Assembly (NCBI RefSeq): GCF_009914755.1
Contig: NC_060927.1
Length of the DNA stretch: 64,000 bases
Reading direction: 5' to 3' (one strand)
DNA from: the human T2T-CHM13v2.0 reference genome, Homo sapiens
Below, piece by piece: positions 1 through 14,310 of the stretch (the stretch's first letter is position 1; the number at the start of each line of letters is the position of its first letter). The notes beneath the pieces were generated by a model, which saw only the letters and a program-made list of their open reading frames with translations, was not told the DNA's origin and did no database searches. The position numbers and the translations under genes were made by a program.

Positions 1-2000
1 TGACTTTACACTTTGCTATTGCTGTTTTTAGAGTTCTCTGTTTGTCTTTTGACAATTTGACTGTAATGTACAAGTTTTCTAAGTTGAATCCACAAGAGAG
101 TCTTTGAGTTTCTTGTATCTGGATGTCTGTATCTCTCCCAACCTACTTGGGAATCTTTGAGTTTCTTGCATCTGGATGTCCATATTTCTCCCAAGATTTG
201 GGAATTTTTCAGCTATTGTTTTATTAAACAGGTTTTTTTTTTTGCTTTTTAATAACCTTTCCTTTTGTAATTCTCATAATGTGAATATTTGTTCACTTAA
301 TGGTATTCCATATGTCCTGAAGGCTTTCTTTTCATTCTCTTTTTTCTTTTGTCTGACTGGGTTATTTCAAAAGACCTGTTTTTATGTTCGGAAGTTCTTT
401 TTTCTGCTTGATCTAGTTTATTGTCAAAGCTCTCAATTGTATTTTTAAATTTCATTCACTGAATTTTTCAGCTACACTCTTTCTGTTTGGTTCTTTTTTT
501 TTAAATGATGTCTACGTCTGCTGAATTTCTAGTTCAGGCTATAAAGTGTTTTTCTGATTTTGTTGCATTGCCTGCATTCTCTTGTATCTTGCTGAGTTTC
601 CTTAAGTTTATTCTTTTGAATTCCTTTTCAGGCATTTCATAAATTTTCTTTTCTTTGGGGTCTGTTATTAGATAATTATTGTGTTACTTTAGAGATAATA
701 TGTTTCTTTGATTTTTAAATGTTTCTTGTGTCCTTTTGTTGATATCTGTGTATCTGGTTGAAACAATCACTTCTACCGATTTTATGGAATAGCTTTCATA
801 GGGAAAGATTTTTTTCTTGTAGATGTTTCCTACAGTGTCATTTGAGTAGAGTGCTTTGACATTGGTTCTGGCTGGGCAAAATAGTGTATTCTCCATATTA
901 TTTCTTCAACTGTAATCAATGTCAACAGTGTCTGTGAGTTTCTCAGTGGCCTAGGCTGTGGTTGTTTGTAAAAGCTGTGATGTAGCTTTATTGGAGATGA
1001 GGACACTGGGCAGGCAGGTCCTCAGAACCTATGGGGGAGTTTGCATGTTTATGGTGGCTTTGCTGCTGGAGGAGGTGGGGTTGCCAGTTTCAGTGTGTTC
1101 CAGGTATTCCTGTCCTCAGGCCCCTGGGAAATTGCTCATGGGCACACAGCTGTTCTGCGGCTGGATGGGGTGCGAATGCTGGTGGCAGCTGTTAACCCAG
1201 ATCCTTGGGTTCTTAGCGGGGCTTGCATGGCATGTGGCTGCTTCCATTGCTGGAGAGGGCAGGGTCAGAGGCAGTAGCAGTGGGGCCCGGGCAGATGGCT
1301 CTCAGGCTATGGGGAGTCCACACATTAGCTTTCTCTGTATTGGGGGCAGCCTTCCTGATGGGCTAGACCACCTGTTCCTTGGGGTGTGGGGAGATACACA
1401 GGCTCATCTGGCATGGTCATGGCTGTACCACTGGGTTCAGCTGGTGTTGCAACCCTGCAGCCATCTGGGTGGATATTGGTGGATATCAGTGGGGTTCCAG
1501 GGACGTGGAGATGCAGGGGCTATTGGTCTCCAGAGCAGGATGCACTCCGGTGGTGGCCCTGCTTTCAAAATTGTCCTGTGTTACAGCACTCTGAATCCCG
1601 GGGAATAGAGGATTTTCAGAGGGAATTCTTCTGTAGAATAATGCAGTATTGTGGACTCCAGGTAGTTCTTTATACTCAGTTCCGTGCTTGTGAGGACTAT
1701 GAGGCTCTCCTGTAGCCTGGATTGCAGGCATCCATGATGAAAGTGTGGACTTTTAGACCTACTTTTTTCTTAAAATGGGAAGACCCTATTGGCTTTGAAT
1801 TGATATCATCTGGGTGCTTTGCTTACCTCTTTATAATGCCTTTCTGAGTTTCTATACCTCAGAGGGCCTTTATCACTTATTGGCTGAATTCCAGTGTTGT
1901 TCCTTAGGGGAACACCTATTCAATATGTGGCTATTTATTTGTTCTTTGGGTCCTTCTTTGTGGAGGAGGTGACTGCTGAGTGCCTACGGTCAGTCATTTT
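1..2000 (-). mobile_element. Old L1 (L1M-type) ORF1/5' region fragment
   Basis: T-rich antisense L1 ORF1-like sequence followed by GC-richer L1 5'-like sequence; contains a ~53-bp tandem duplication at about 101-205. Confidence 0.6.
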
Positions 2001-2656
2001 GATCTTATGTCAAGTTAATTTGTAGCCCAGCCAGGGAAACTACGAGAGTTAAGGGAATACATTTTCCCCACTTATACACTAAAAAAAAAAGTGGTCTTTT
2101 TAATCCTTAAAAATTAATTGGTAGTCTTTAGTACTGGTTCAATTAATTAGTAATTATTATATTACTTCACTATGAAATTTGTGCTTGGAAGAGTTCTAAA
2201 AATTGTGGACTCTGTCATCCTACATGTTTTGAAATAATTTTATTAGCTTGAATGGCAATAAAGGTTAAGATAATAAAATGCTAAAAAGGAATTAGAAGTT
2301 TAAATTAACTAAATAATACTCTTTACAGTATCACCAAAATATGAAATACTTAGGGATAAAGTTGACAAAAGTTGGTTAAGATCTGTGCATTAAATAGTGC
2401 AAAGCATTGCTAAGATAATTTCAAGACAAATAAATAGAAGGAAATACCAGGCTTATAGACTGGAATAGTCAATATCGTTAAAATGTTACTGATCTATATT
2501 AAAGCAACTCCAATAGAAATTCCTGCAGAATTTTTTAGTAGAAATTGATAAACTGATTCTAAAATTTATGTGGAAAGGTAATGAATCAAGATACCAAAAC
2601 AATTTTGAGAAAGAAAAAAGATTTTTCATATTTGCAATATTGTGATTTATAATAGA

Positions 2657-2699
2657 ATATATATATACACACATATATATGTGTGTGTGCGTGTGAGCA

Positions 2700-2743
<44 letters not shown>

Positions 2744-2757
2744 CATATGTACATATA
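2657..2757. repeat. Compound (TA)n/(TG)n microsatellite
   Basis: Direct reading. Confidence 0.95.
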
Positions 2758-2759
2758 TT

Positions 2760-3960
2760 TGGTCTTCCTCCTCATTTAAAGATATTTAGTTTCTATAATA
2801 CTTGAAATCTCTAGAGTGATGAGTGTCTTTTTTAGGTGAATGAGACAACTATTGACTGGGGGCCCTTAGATAGCTTTAGGATTGGGGCTAGTTACCAGAA
2901 AAACTAAGGCAGGATTAGAGGACTGGGACTTTTACTCTCACCCCTTAATAGAGTTTAGATATTTGTCTCCTTCAAATTTCATGTTGCTATATAATCCCCA
3001 ATGTTGAAGGTGGGGCCTGGTGTGAGGTTTTTGGGTCATGTGGGCAGATCCCTTAGGAATGGCTTGGTGCTATTCTCCCATTAGTGAGTAAGTTCTCACT
3101 CTTAGTTCCTGTGAGATCTGTTGTTAAAAAGAGTCTGGGACCTCCCCTATTTCTTCCTTCCTCTTTTGTCATGTGATGCTTGTCTCCATTCACCTCTGCC
3201 ATGAGTAGAAGCTTCCTGAGGCCCCCTCCAAAGCAGATGTGAAGCCATGATGATTCTTGCACAGCCTGCAGAACCGTAATCAAAATAAACCTTTTCTCTT
3301 TATAAATCACGCAGTCTCAAGTATTCCTTTATAACAATACAAAACAGGGGAGCTGAAGGTTAAATTGATCAACAGTGGTCAATGATTTAATTAATCATGT
3401 TTACATAATAAAAATTTGATAAAACCCCTACAGGACTGGATTTGGAGTGCTCCTGGATACCTGAACATGTGGAGCCTCCTGGAGGGTGGCAAGCCTGGAG
3501 AGTGCATGGGAGCTCTGCACTACTTTCCATATGCCTTGTTCTATGCATGTCTTCCATTTGGCTGTTCATCTGTATCCTTTGTAAATACACTTTACCATAA
3601 ACTGATAAATGTAACTAAAGCATTTCCCTGGGTTCTGTGAGTTTCTATAACAAATTAATTGAACCCAAGAAGGGGGTCTTGGGGACCCTGATGAATAGTC
3701 TGCCAATGAGAATCACAGGCCACAACCTGGGATTTGATTGGCATCTGAAGTTGGAGGCAGTATTCTGGGACTGAGTGCTCAACCTGTGGGATCTGATGCT
3801 ATCTCCGGGAAAGTAGTGTCAGAATTGAACTGAATTAGAGGATACCTAGCTGGTGTTCACTGAATTGCTTGGTGTGAGGGGGAAAACACCCACATATCTG
3901 TGGTTGCAGAAGTGTTCAGTGTTGATGTGTGAAAGAATGGGGAAAACACTTTGAGTTTTC
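2760..3960. mobile_element. MER21-like LTR with a nested MST (MaLR) LTR at about 2946-3345
   Basis: MST hallmarks: taatccccaatgttgaaggtggggcctgg...aataaaccttttctctttataaatcacgcagtctcaagtattcc. The flanks resemble MER21. Confidence 0.6.
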
Positions 3961-5616
3961 CTATTTATATGCACAGCTGACTTTTAACAAAGTTGCCAAA
4001 GTATTTCAATGGAAAAAGGATAAATTTTTCAACAAATGGTGCTAGAACTATTAGACAGCCACATGCAAACAAATAAACAAACACAAGACCTTAACTTATA
4101 CTACATGTACCCATTAATTTGACATGAATCAGACCTACATATAACCTGAATGAATTATAGACCTAAACCAATAAAATTTCTAGAAGAAAACACAGGCTAA
4201 AACATTAGTGATCATGAGTTTGGCAAAGCTTTCTTAAATAAGACACAAAATGTATAACCTGTAAAAGAAATAATCAATAAAATTTGACTTCTTTAAAATT
4301 AAATAATTTGTTCTTCAAATAACACTGTTAAGATAATTTAAATGCAAACGGCAGACTTGGAGAACTACTTGTAAAACATATGTGACAAATACGTTGTGTC
4401 TAGAATATATATATCTAAAATGTTTACAATCAACTGAGTTCACAATGAAAAAATGAGCAAAATATTTGAATAGACACCTCACCAAAGAAGATACACAAAT
4501 GATCAATAAGCCTGTGAAAAGATGTTTAGTATCCTTAGTCATTAAAGGAAAGTAAGTTGAAACTATAATGATATACCACTACACACCAACTAGATGATTA
4601 AAATTAAAATGTACAACTATATTAAGTATTGATAAGGATGTGAAGTAACTAGAATGCTCATACTCTGCTATAAGAATGTAAAATGGTACAAATACTTTGG
4701 AAAACATATTTGTAGTTTATTAAAAAGTTAAGTGGGCATAACTGCTGTATGCCTCAACCAATCTACTATTATTAATTGCCCAAGAGAATTGATAGTATAT
4801 GTTCACATAAAATCTTGTATATGAATATTTAGAATAGCTTTGTTTGTTAAAGCTGCAAACTGCAACCAACCCTATGTCCATCAATAGGTGAAAGAATAAA
4901 TAAATTGTGATATATACATACATTGGAATACTACTCAGCAAAAAAAGTAATGAACTATTAATAAAGATATTAACATGAGTAAATTTCAAAAGATATTATG
5001 CTAGTGAAAGAAGCTGGACCAAAAAAGTACATTATGAACTGTATATTCCATTTAAGTATAATTCTAGAAAATGAAAACATATTTATACTGATATAATGCA
5101 AAAAGTCATTGCCTAAGGATGGGGACAAAGGGAGGAAGGGATTACAAATGGACACATGGAAACTTTTGAGGGTGAATGTTCATTATTTTGATTGTGGTAA
5201 TGGTTTTATGGCTATATCTACAGGTTAAAGCTTCTCAAATTGTACATTTATATATGTACAGCTTATTGCATGTCAAATATATTTCAATAAACTGTAAAGA
5301 AAAAAAATAATAAACAATAACAAGGACAAAACCCTAAATAATTTACATTTTTTTGCCTAAAGTACTTTTTTTACTTGGTATTATAAAAACAATTTATATA
5401 TTATATATGAATTTGCATAATAGTTGATTTTTTCATCTTGAAAATATTTTTACACGAATGGTTAAACTAGAGTTTTTCTTATTCATTATACAACATCACA
5501 ATTTCTTATTCGTTATACAACATCATAATTAAATATACACCGTATGAAAATCTATGTAAGCAAAACGGATCAGTTCAAATTAGAAAGCAATCCAACCCAA
5601 AAATTCTTGATGAAAC

Positions 5617-5920
5617 TTTTTTTTTATGAGGCAGGGTCGCACTCGGTCACCCAGGCTAGAGTGAAGTGGTGTGATCACAGCTTACTGCAGCCTCGACCTC
5701 TTAGTCTCCAGTGATTTTCCCACCTCAATCTCCCAAGCAACTGGGACTACAGGTGTGCACCACCATGCCTGCTTAAGTTTTAAAATTTTTTTTTTTTGTA
5801 GAGGCAGAGTCCCTATAAATGTTGTCCAGGCTGGCTTCAAACTTCTTGGGCTCAAGCAGTCCTCTCTCCTTGGCCTCCTAAAGTGTTGGCATTATAGGTG
5901 TAACTACCATGCCCAGCTGA
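5617..5920 (-). mobile_element. Alu (old, AluJ-like)
   Basis: PolyT followed by both antisense Alu arms; diverged. Confidence 0.9.
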
Positions 5921-5937
5921 AACATTTTTTCTGTCCA

Positions 5938-6027
5938 TTTTTTTTTCTTTTTTTAGAGATGGGGGTCTCACTATGGCTCCCAGGCTAAAGTGCAGTGACT
6001 ATTCACAGGCATGATCCCACTACTGAT
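5938..6027 (-). pseudogene. 5'-truncated 7SL (SRP RNA) retrocopy
   Basis: Reverse complement reads atcagtagtgggatcatgcctgtgaatagtcactgcac...gtgagacccccatctc plus polyA, matching the 7SL 3' end including non-Alu sequence. Confidence 0.75.
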
Positions 6028-9000
6028 TTACATGGGCAATGTTTTTTAATGTGCTTGAATATTGTTTGATTTCACAACTGAGAATTTTGCATTTTTAAGT
6101 TCCAGCCTTCATCCCTTCCTGGAAGGAGAGGATTGAAGGCCCAGGATGGCTGGTTATGGGCAAAGTGAAGTCAGCCTGTTTTGTGCAAAGGAAACCAGTT
6201 GCTGAGGCTTTAGTATTCTGCCTCTTCAACTAAATTTTAATTGTAGATGTACAAGATCAATACTGGAAGATAACCAGCATCGGAAATGGATGGAATAACT
6301 ACCAAAATAGGAAAATACCAAAAAGATAAATGAACTATGGTAATAGAAAAAATAGCTAACACTTGTTTTTCCGGAGTTTAAAAAATTTCTTCACATACAT
6401 TATCTCCTTTAAAGGATACTTGTTACAGTCCCGGAAACAAAGTAGGTATGCAATAAAAGCTTGCTGAATGGAGGAATTAGAATTCTTACCAGTGTCTAGC
6501 ACATGGTAGGCACTCTGTGTTTGGAGACAATTATCCATTTGTTTCTTACATTTCTGCATATCTGGTGAGCAGAGAAATTGATTCCCTTGTTATGAACTGT
6601 CTCTTCTAACATGTTTGTGTAGTAAACTGGCTTGGAAGATAGAGATAGCGTCTCCTCCAGAACAGTGGCAAGGCTTGCTTACTATCCAATATGATAAGTA
6701 TATCTTCTTTAGGAGCAAAAGTCAGAAAAGTTTCCCTCCTATTATAGAAGATTTGGGACGTTATGCTGAGGATTCCTCCTCTGTAATATACTATACTACA
6801 CAGCAGGTATCATTTGGCCCTCTTTGTTTTACATTATAGAAATTGAGCCTTGGGGAACAGGCATGAATGTTGATGTTCTGGCTATAGGCATTGCTCTGAG
6901 CAGTCAACTCTCCGTCTCTGATCCAGAAGTCTCATTTTTTTCTACCTGGATCCATTAGACTGTGAGAGGCTAATGTGTTAATTTGTAAGTAGGTTAAAAT
7001 CTCAGATACTGCACAGTTTTTGATTCTCTATACATGCTTTTGATTCTCTATACATGATTCTCTATACATGCTATGCACTAGAGTGCATAATCTCAGGAAA
7101 GCTTAAAAATCAGAATAAGTAGCAAAATATATTAGATGAACAAAATCTAACCAAAAGTACGACTTCCCCAACTGTGCAGAACAAAGTTACTATCTTACCT
7201 CTTTCTGAGGAAAAATAGAAACCATCTTGCAGTTGGGAAGAATAAGAGAAGTGAAAAAGCCTAATTGATGGTGAGGTAAAAGGCCAAAGCAATTGCAGAA
7301 ATGAGAAGAAAACATAAACATTGGAAGACAATAGAATCCACACATATGAGAAGTTAAACATAATCTTAAGGAGAAGTTGATTCAGGAAGATTTCAAAGAA
7401 ATATTGTGCCATTATGCTGGTATTGCTTCTTCATCAATCTCTGGAAGGATTCACAAAATACTACAGAGAGTGGTTGTTTCTGAGAAGGAGAATCGGGTGG
7501 GAGACAGAGCGCTACTTTGAGTATTTTAAATTTTGTACCATCTGCAGCTAGATTTATTTTAAAAACATATACATATATATATAATTTTAAAAACCTTTAA
7601 ATGACTTTTAAAGTAAAAAAACACTAATTTTTTTAGATTAAAAAACTTATATAACAAGGATATAACTGTTTAAAAGATTTACTAAGGACATTTCTTTCCA
7701 GGGTTGCTGGCAGTTTGGTTTTATGGAGGTAAAGACATCTTTACCTCTGAAACTGACTACTTTTGTTAAAAAAATTCTCCAGAATAGGCTCTTTCATTCC
7801 AGGTATGTAAGATAAGTAAATACCCACCCAAAGCCCTTGGATAAAAGTATGAGGTTACTTTGAATCAAAATGGATGCATTGTGTTCTGTTTAATAATGTC
7901 AATTAGGTATACATATTTTACTTCTAAAAGAGGAAACAGAGGTAGTTTTCCTCAAAGATATTCAATAGGGACTATTAGTGCCCTGTACTGGGTTTGTTTA
8001 AGATTGAATGATTAAGAATTTGAGATGGTCTTGTCAGGGCTATAGTGCTTGCTTGTAGTTGTGCCTTTGGGAAGTCAAAGGGGTATAGTTCAGCCAGGTT
8101 TAGAGCAATTCATAAGGAAGGCTGGTTTGGGGCACAGAATGTGTCTCTTGCTTGAGTTCCCTGGCCCAGCACCAGGAGAAGAACTGTCATAGCAAATTGG
8201 TCTGGATGGCTCTGATGGCCATTGGCAGAAACCAAAGGGGTGGTTGGCTGTCTGAGGAGGCTCAGACAGTAGTCATTAGAAATTAACATTTTAGATTAAT
8301 TAAACTATGCTGGAGGTCCTTGGGAATATCTCCAGGGAAGAGCCATGAGAAAAAGACGGCATCTTTTTGCAACTGTAGAAAGGGGCTTGGAATTACAGTG
8401 ATAGCGATAAACTTTTTTGGTACTCTACAATGTTAAAATTGAACATTATGATTATTTGTTTAAGCATGTTTAGATTTGTTTAAACATTCTCATCCTTTAG
8501 TAATTTAACCACTTAAGACATTGATAAAGTCAGGACTCCAGCTTGAATCTAAGTAGGATTTGGACATGGCTAGAGTAAAAGTGTGGGTTGGGCTAACAGA
8601 TGTCTATTTGCAGGGGAGGCTTGAGGAATATATGGGGAGAATGGGCCAGGTTTGCTGAAAACAAACAGTCTTTAGTGAAAAAGACTTAGTCATCAGTAAG
8701 GATGGCATACTCACAATAGAGTGTAGTTGTTATTGGACTTCTGTTTGAGTCCCACATCATTCAGGAAAGCTATAGAAAACAGGAAGAACTGTTTCAGGGA
8801 AAGTTTGTAAAACATTGAGGACCCCCCAGGAATGCTTTGGAATCCTGCAAACAAAAGCAAACACTAAGAAGCGAGTTATATCTTTTGCTTTGCCATAGAC
8901 CCTTGCATAGGTTAAGTCTCTGAGAAAGCCAGACAGTTCTACTGTAAGCATCACCAACATGATAAATTGAGTGCAGAGCTTCCTTCCTCAAGATGCTCAC

Positions 9001-9861
9001 TTCCAAATTGAAGTCTCATTGAGTACATCTTATTGGTAGAGCCTGGGTCACTTGCCTAAGTCCTAGTTGCAAGGGAGGCTGTTTCCTGAGTTCTACCTTG
9101 AGGATGAGGGACTAGTAAGCTTAAAAATCTGCCAAACAAAAAGAGAAAAGCTTGTCAGTCAGGATATCTACAAATGTCTACAACAACGTGTACCTCTGAA
9201 GTTAAGCTGCAAGTATTTGAAATTGTAGGGCAAGGAATCAGAGCGCTAGCATTGGAAGTGGTTGGCTTGTGGGTCATAGGGTAGTAAGAATTTACCAACA
9301 CCAGTATAAGTTTGAAAAGGAAAGTTTTATTAGATAGAAAAAACATTGCTGAAGAGTGCAGCGGGGTGTCTCAGCAAGAGAGGACTGAACACAATGGAGT
9401 GGATTTTTCTTAGGAACATTTATGGACCTTAAAATAGGAGCTTAAGGGTCATTTGGACCATATTAGCCACATAGGTCATGATAAATGATTACATTTGTAG
9501 ATATTTTTGTGCCTTAATGTCAGCAAGGACTGCACAATGAGTTTCAACATGCATGCATTCTGGAGATAAATAGAAATTCTAGTTGTTTTGGGGAAAGAAG
9601 CCTGGTACCAGATGCTGGCTTTAGATAATAAGGAAGTCTAATTACTTCTAAATTCCCCAGGTAAGGAGTTTTGCTTCTGGATGGCCTGCTTGATGGTCAC
9701 CAGGTGATCATTTCTCTCCTCAGAAGTTCCTATTTTAATATGAAAATATAAATAGTTTTGAAAATGTCTTAGCTATATCTACCTGTTACTTTTATTGTGG
9801 GTAATCACCTAGAACAGGGGTCTTAAATCTAAGCAGGATCCAGATATTTCTAGTGTTACTG

Positions 9862-10770
9862 TGTAGGGGAGGAAAAATAATTTTCCCTCTATCCTCCATA
9901 GTTCTTAGTTGAGACAGATCCCTGCAATAAAAAATAAATTAACAAGAGAAAAACAAGCAAAATTTAAAAACATGTTGTCTTATTCTGTTTGGGCTAATAC
10001 AACAAAAATACCTTAGACTGGGCAATTTATAAACAACAGAAATTTATTTCTCACAATTCTGGAGGCTGGGAATCCCAAGATCAAGGCCTCAGCAGATTTG
10101 GTGAAGGCCTGTTTCTTGTAGATGGTCCTTTTTCTGTGTACTCACATGGTGGAAGGGGTGAATACTGTGTCCTCCTTTCAATCTCTTTTGCAAGGAAACT
10201 AATGTCATTCATCAGGGCCCACTGCTTAATGCCCATCACAATGCAGATTAGGTTTCAAGATGAGTTTGGTAGGAACATAAACATTCAGACCATAGCACAT
10301 GCACACATCCTATATGCATGAGACATCACTCAGAGAAAGGAGTGAATATCTGAAGTAGATCTCAAAGGGGTGGTTTAAACTTCAGGCTTAAATACCATCA
10401 TTCTCTGAAACAAAGAAAGAAGGATGGAAAGGTCTGGTTAAGATGAGAAGGCTGGGAAAGGACCTTAAACAAAGCTAAGGGTTGCTATGCAGATTTGAGT
10501 CAATGCTTTCTCCATTGATTAAGAGTTCTAGTGATTTAGTCATCATTTTCTTCTGCTACAGAGAGGGAGATAACTTTACAAATGGAGATTTCTATTAAAT
10601 GTAAATTTCTTTACAAAAGGGCAACTTTTCAGAGCTGTTCCTGTGTCTGCACTTCCTCAAAGTAACCAACTCAAAATAATCCTTATGCCAGAAAGCCATA
10701 TTTTGGGATGGCATATTCTGATCTCCTAGTCATATTTTGGGATGGCATGTCCCCCTTATGTAGAAAATGG
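9862..10770 (-). mobile_element. ERV1-type LTR (MER34/39-like) with a nested MaLR LTR at about 9975-10297
   Basis: Terminus tgtagggggaggaaaaataattttccctct; nested MaLR motif aaatttatttctcacaattctggaggctgggaatcccaagatcaagg. Confidence 0.55.
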
Positions 10771-10970
10771 TGGATTAACATTGAGGAAAGTGAAGCTGAC
10801 AAGCATAAGCACTAAGAACCCTCAAGAGAGAGGAATTCATTCTTAGGTTTTAAGTTGCCCCTTAGAAAGGGTAATTTTAATATGTTCATGTTATTTAAAT
10901 TCATCTCCCAGGCTAGCCCTCCTTGGACTCTTATGTGGTGCAAGACAGAAATGGAAAATGTTTTTTACTT

Positions 10971-11493
10971 TGTTAAAAGAAAAACTCTAGAAACATTAAA
11001 TTTAACAGAATTTGAGCAAAGACTGATTCATCAATCAGGCAGCTTCCAGAACCAGAATAGGTTCAGAGCAATTCCAAGGCTGCCATGTGACCAGATAACA
11101 TTTATGGATAGAAAAAAGGAAGTGACAAACAGAAAACAGAAGTGAGATACAGAAACAGCTGGATTGGTTACAGCTGGGTCTTTGCCTTACTAGAACCTGC
11201 TGTGATTGGCTGAGACTCAGCTACTTGTTACAGGAATCGGTTACAGTCTGTTTACACATCAAATTACATTACAGTTCATTACGGGGAAACCTTTAGGCTG
11301 AACCTAAATATGTAAACCTTTAGACTGAACTTAAATTTGTAAATATGAACTTAAATAAATATGTAAATTTCTAAGGAGTAGGTTACAGTCTGTTTACACA
11401 TCAAGTTAGGTTATAGTTCATTACGTATGGAATAACCTTTAGGCTGAACTTAAATATGTAAGGAGGCAGCTTTAGGTCAAACTTAGTTTAACA
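10971..11493 (-). mobile_element. MER57-family solo LTR (ERV1) with 4-bp TSD ACTT
   Basis: Reverse complement begins tgttaaactaagtttgacctaaagctgcctccttacatatttaagttcagcctaaagg; TG...CA ends; ACTT at 10967-10970 and 11494-11497. Confidence 0.8.
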
Positions 11494-13494
11494 ACTTAAA
11501 TCTCTTGAAGACATCAAGTGAATAAGAAGTTTACACTCAGGCTCCTCCAAGAAGGCCTAAAACAAGGCGGAAAAGTACATTTCCGGCTTCACAATGCACC
11601 ATCATCCTCTACCGCTGAAAGAGCACAGATGGTGTCAGGAAAGATTCAGGGGAGGCTGAGATGCAGTAGCATGCAGGGCCCATGTGGTCACCTGGCAAGA
11701 AGCCACCAGGAATCCTAGACATAATGGAGGGTGGATCTTAGAACATGGATATAAAAGCAAGGAAAAATTTAAAAAATTGCTTGTAAGGTGACCTAGAACC
11801 TGGGAGAAAAAGCAGTTTATACATGTATTTTATTTTCGATCTATCATTATATTCTTGGGATTAGTTTGCTGCTAAATAGGACTATTTCCAGATACATGAA
11901 GTCACTACTCAGATTGAATTCAGATAACTACAAAAGGTTTTTATTGTAAATGGCACCTTACCATATATTTAAAGTAAACACTTAGATATTAATGTATATT
12001 AGTGATGGATGCATATTAGCAAATATTAATTGGTTTTATAGAGGAGAAGTATACATATGTAAGACTTAAAGTGAATATATGATATAAAAAGAACTATTTT
12101 TAGTGATTAAATTGAATTGCTGGCATATTGCAATATTTCAAAGGTCCCTGGTGGGAGATTTGCTTATATTCTGGAACTTTACTTTATTGAAAAAAAACTC
12201 CTCAATGTTATAAAACTTGACTATTTTCAGGAAGAAAAAGCATTTTCAAATATAAGTTGTTCAAGGAACATTAGGTCTCTTATTGCTTGAATCAATGGGG
12301 AAAAAGCTAAATGATTTTTGAAAAAGGTTTGAAGCAACCAAAAAGATAATCTTTCTTTTCTTCTGGCAGTCAACTTAAATGATGAACAAGTATAGTGAAA
12401 TGCCTAGTTGTTAAATTTTGACTTTATTTACACATTAAATTACAAAAATAGAAGGAAGCTCTGTGCCATTTAAATTTTGCAATGTGAGGTTTGTAACTTC
12501 ACCAGAGCTGAAAACAAATGAATATTTTTGCAATAAGATTTTCAATAAGAGAGAGGATGAAACAAAAACTTCACAGCAATTAAAATCTTATAAAGAATAA
12601 AATTAATTTCAAACTGCTTGGAACTTTCAGAGCTCCATGTTACCAATGTAACTTTAATTTTTAAATAGGTAAGTTTAAGGAAAAAATTATATTCTTAAAA
12701 ACAAAAGGCTCTGAAAGAGCAAGATTTTCTGTTTTAAGGGAAGCTTTGTCCTTTAATTCCTTTATTTATTGTGTTTGATCAAAGTAGTCAGGGTCAAGTG
12801 TGCAGACCTGTTACATGAGATACACATCTGGGGAGTAAAGGTCAGTGAGAGATAAAGTGAGTTAAGCAGAGGCTTTCTGGACTGAAGCCCAACAGGACTG
12901 ATTTACTTGGAAAGAATGTAAGCTGACAAGCTCCTTCAATTCAGGGTCAGGAACATGATCTAGTTGGTGATGCAGCTGTTTTATGAAAGGAGCTTTATTC
13001 TGGGCCTTCATTGTTATCCTCCTGATAAATTATTTTGAGTACAAATGCTTTCTTGAAGAGCACAAAACATTTTATGAAGTAATTTTGGAGGATATGTATA
13101 TTATACATATGTATATATATATATATATATATGAATGATATTCTAGTACTAATAATTTGAATGTAACCTTGACACACTTCATTTTCTCAATTTTAATACA
13201 TGAAATGACTTCTTTATAGATCAATGTGATGGCCATTGAAGAAAAGGTAGTATTTAGAGGCTGTATTAGTGCAAGAATACTGATTTTCAGGTTAAGATGC
13301 CCAGCTATATGGATAGTGCAGTTTAGTGCAAAATAAATCAGAAGTCAGAGGCACAGCTCAGGGTTGAATTTTATTCCAGAGTTCCTGATCTATATCGCCC
13401 AGCAGGGATGATAAATTAGGGCAGCTGCAACTGGTTCCATGTTTTCTGGGATCTTGAATGACTGGAAACCTGGTGGTATTCAAAGAAGCATCTG

Positions 13495-13801
13495 TTTTTT
13501 ATTTTTTTATTTTTTTGGGGATGGAGTTTCGCTCTTGTTGCCCAGGGTGGAGTACAATGGTGTGATCTCCACTCACCGCAACCTCCGCCTCCTGGGTTCA
13601 AGCGATTCTCCTGCCTCAGCCTTCTCGAGTAGCTGGGATTACAGGAATGCACCATCATGCCCGGCTAATTTTTGTAGTTTTAGTAGAGACAGAGTTTCTC
13701 CATGTTGCTCAGGCTGGTCTTGAACTTCCGACCTCAGGTGATCCACCCTCCTCGGCCTCCCAAAGTGTTGGGATTACAGGTGTGAGCCACCGCGCCTGGC
13801 C
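13495..13801 (-). mobile_element. AluS with TSD AGAAGCATCT
   Basis: Full antisense Alu with a flanking direct repeat. Confidence 0.95.
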
Positions 13802-14001
13802 AGAAGCATCTCTTTGTTTAAATCACTTACCTGACTACACACACCCTTTCATCAAGCAAAGTGAGTAAGAGTGTTTCACACCTTTATGCCTCCATTAGAT
13901 TGTGCCTTGTAACATGATTTCTTCAGTGTGGCTTCCCTTGATTTTTAAAAACTGAACGTTTTTCAAAAAAACTTTGTGTTGTATTTAGTATAAATACTCT
14001 C

Positions 14002-14310
<309 letters not shown>

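Larger units (their letters stand above)
2300..5300 (+). mobile_element. Old L1M ORF2 3' end/3'UTR, interrupted by a microsatellite and LTRs
   Basis: L1 motifs: aaatacttagggataaa, ttcaacaaatggtgctagaac, agacacctcaccaaagaagatacacaaat; A-rich end near 5300. Confidence 0.75.

Noticed and set aside
958-1731. 216-aa ORF and overlapping ORFs
   Set aside because: They lie in GC-richer decayed L1 5'-like sequence, have no recognisable domain, and the longest starts at a non-ATG codon.
7020-7070. Short tandem copies of tgattctctatacatg (similar small duplications at about 5476-5530 and 10698-10748)
   Set aside because: Ordinary slippage duplications.
13416-13868. Alu-derived ORFs (also at 5671, 25931, 38640, 41589)
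   Set aside because: Standard Alu translation artefacts.
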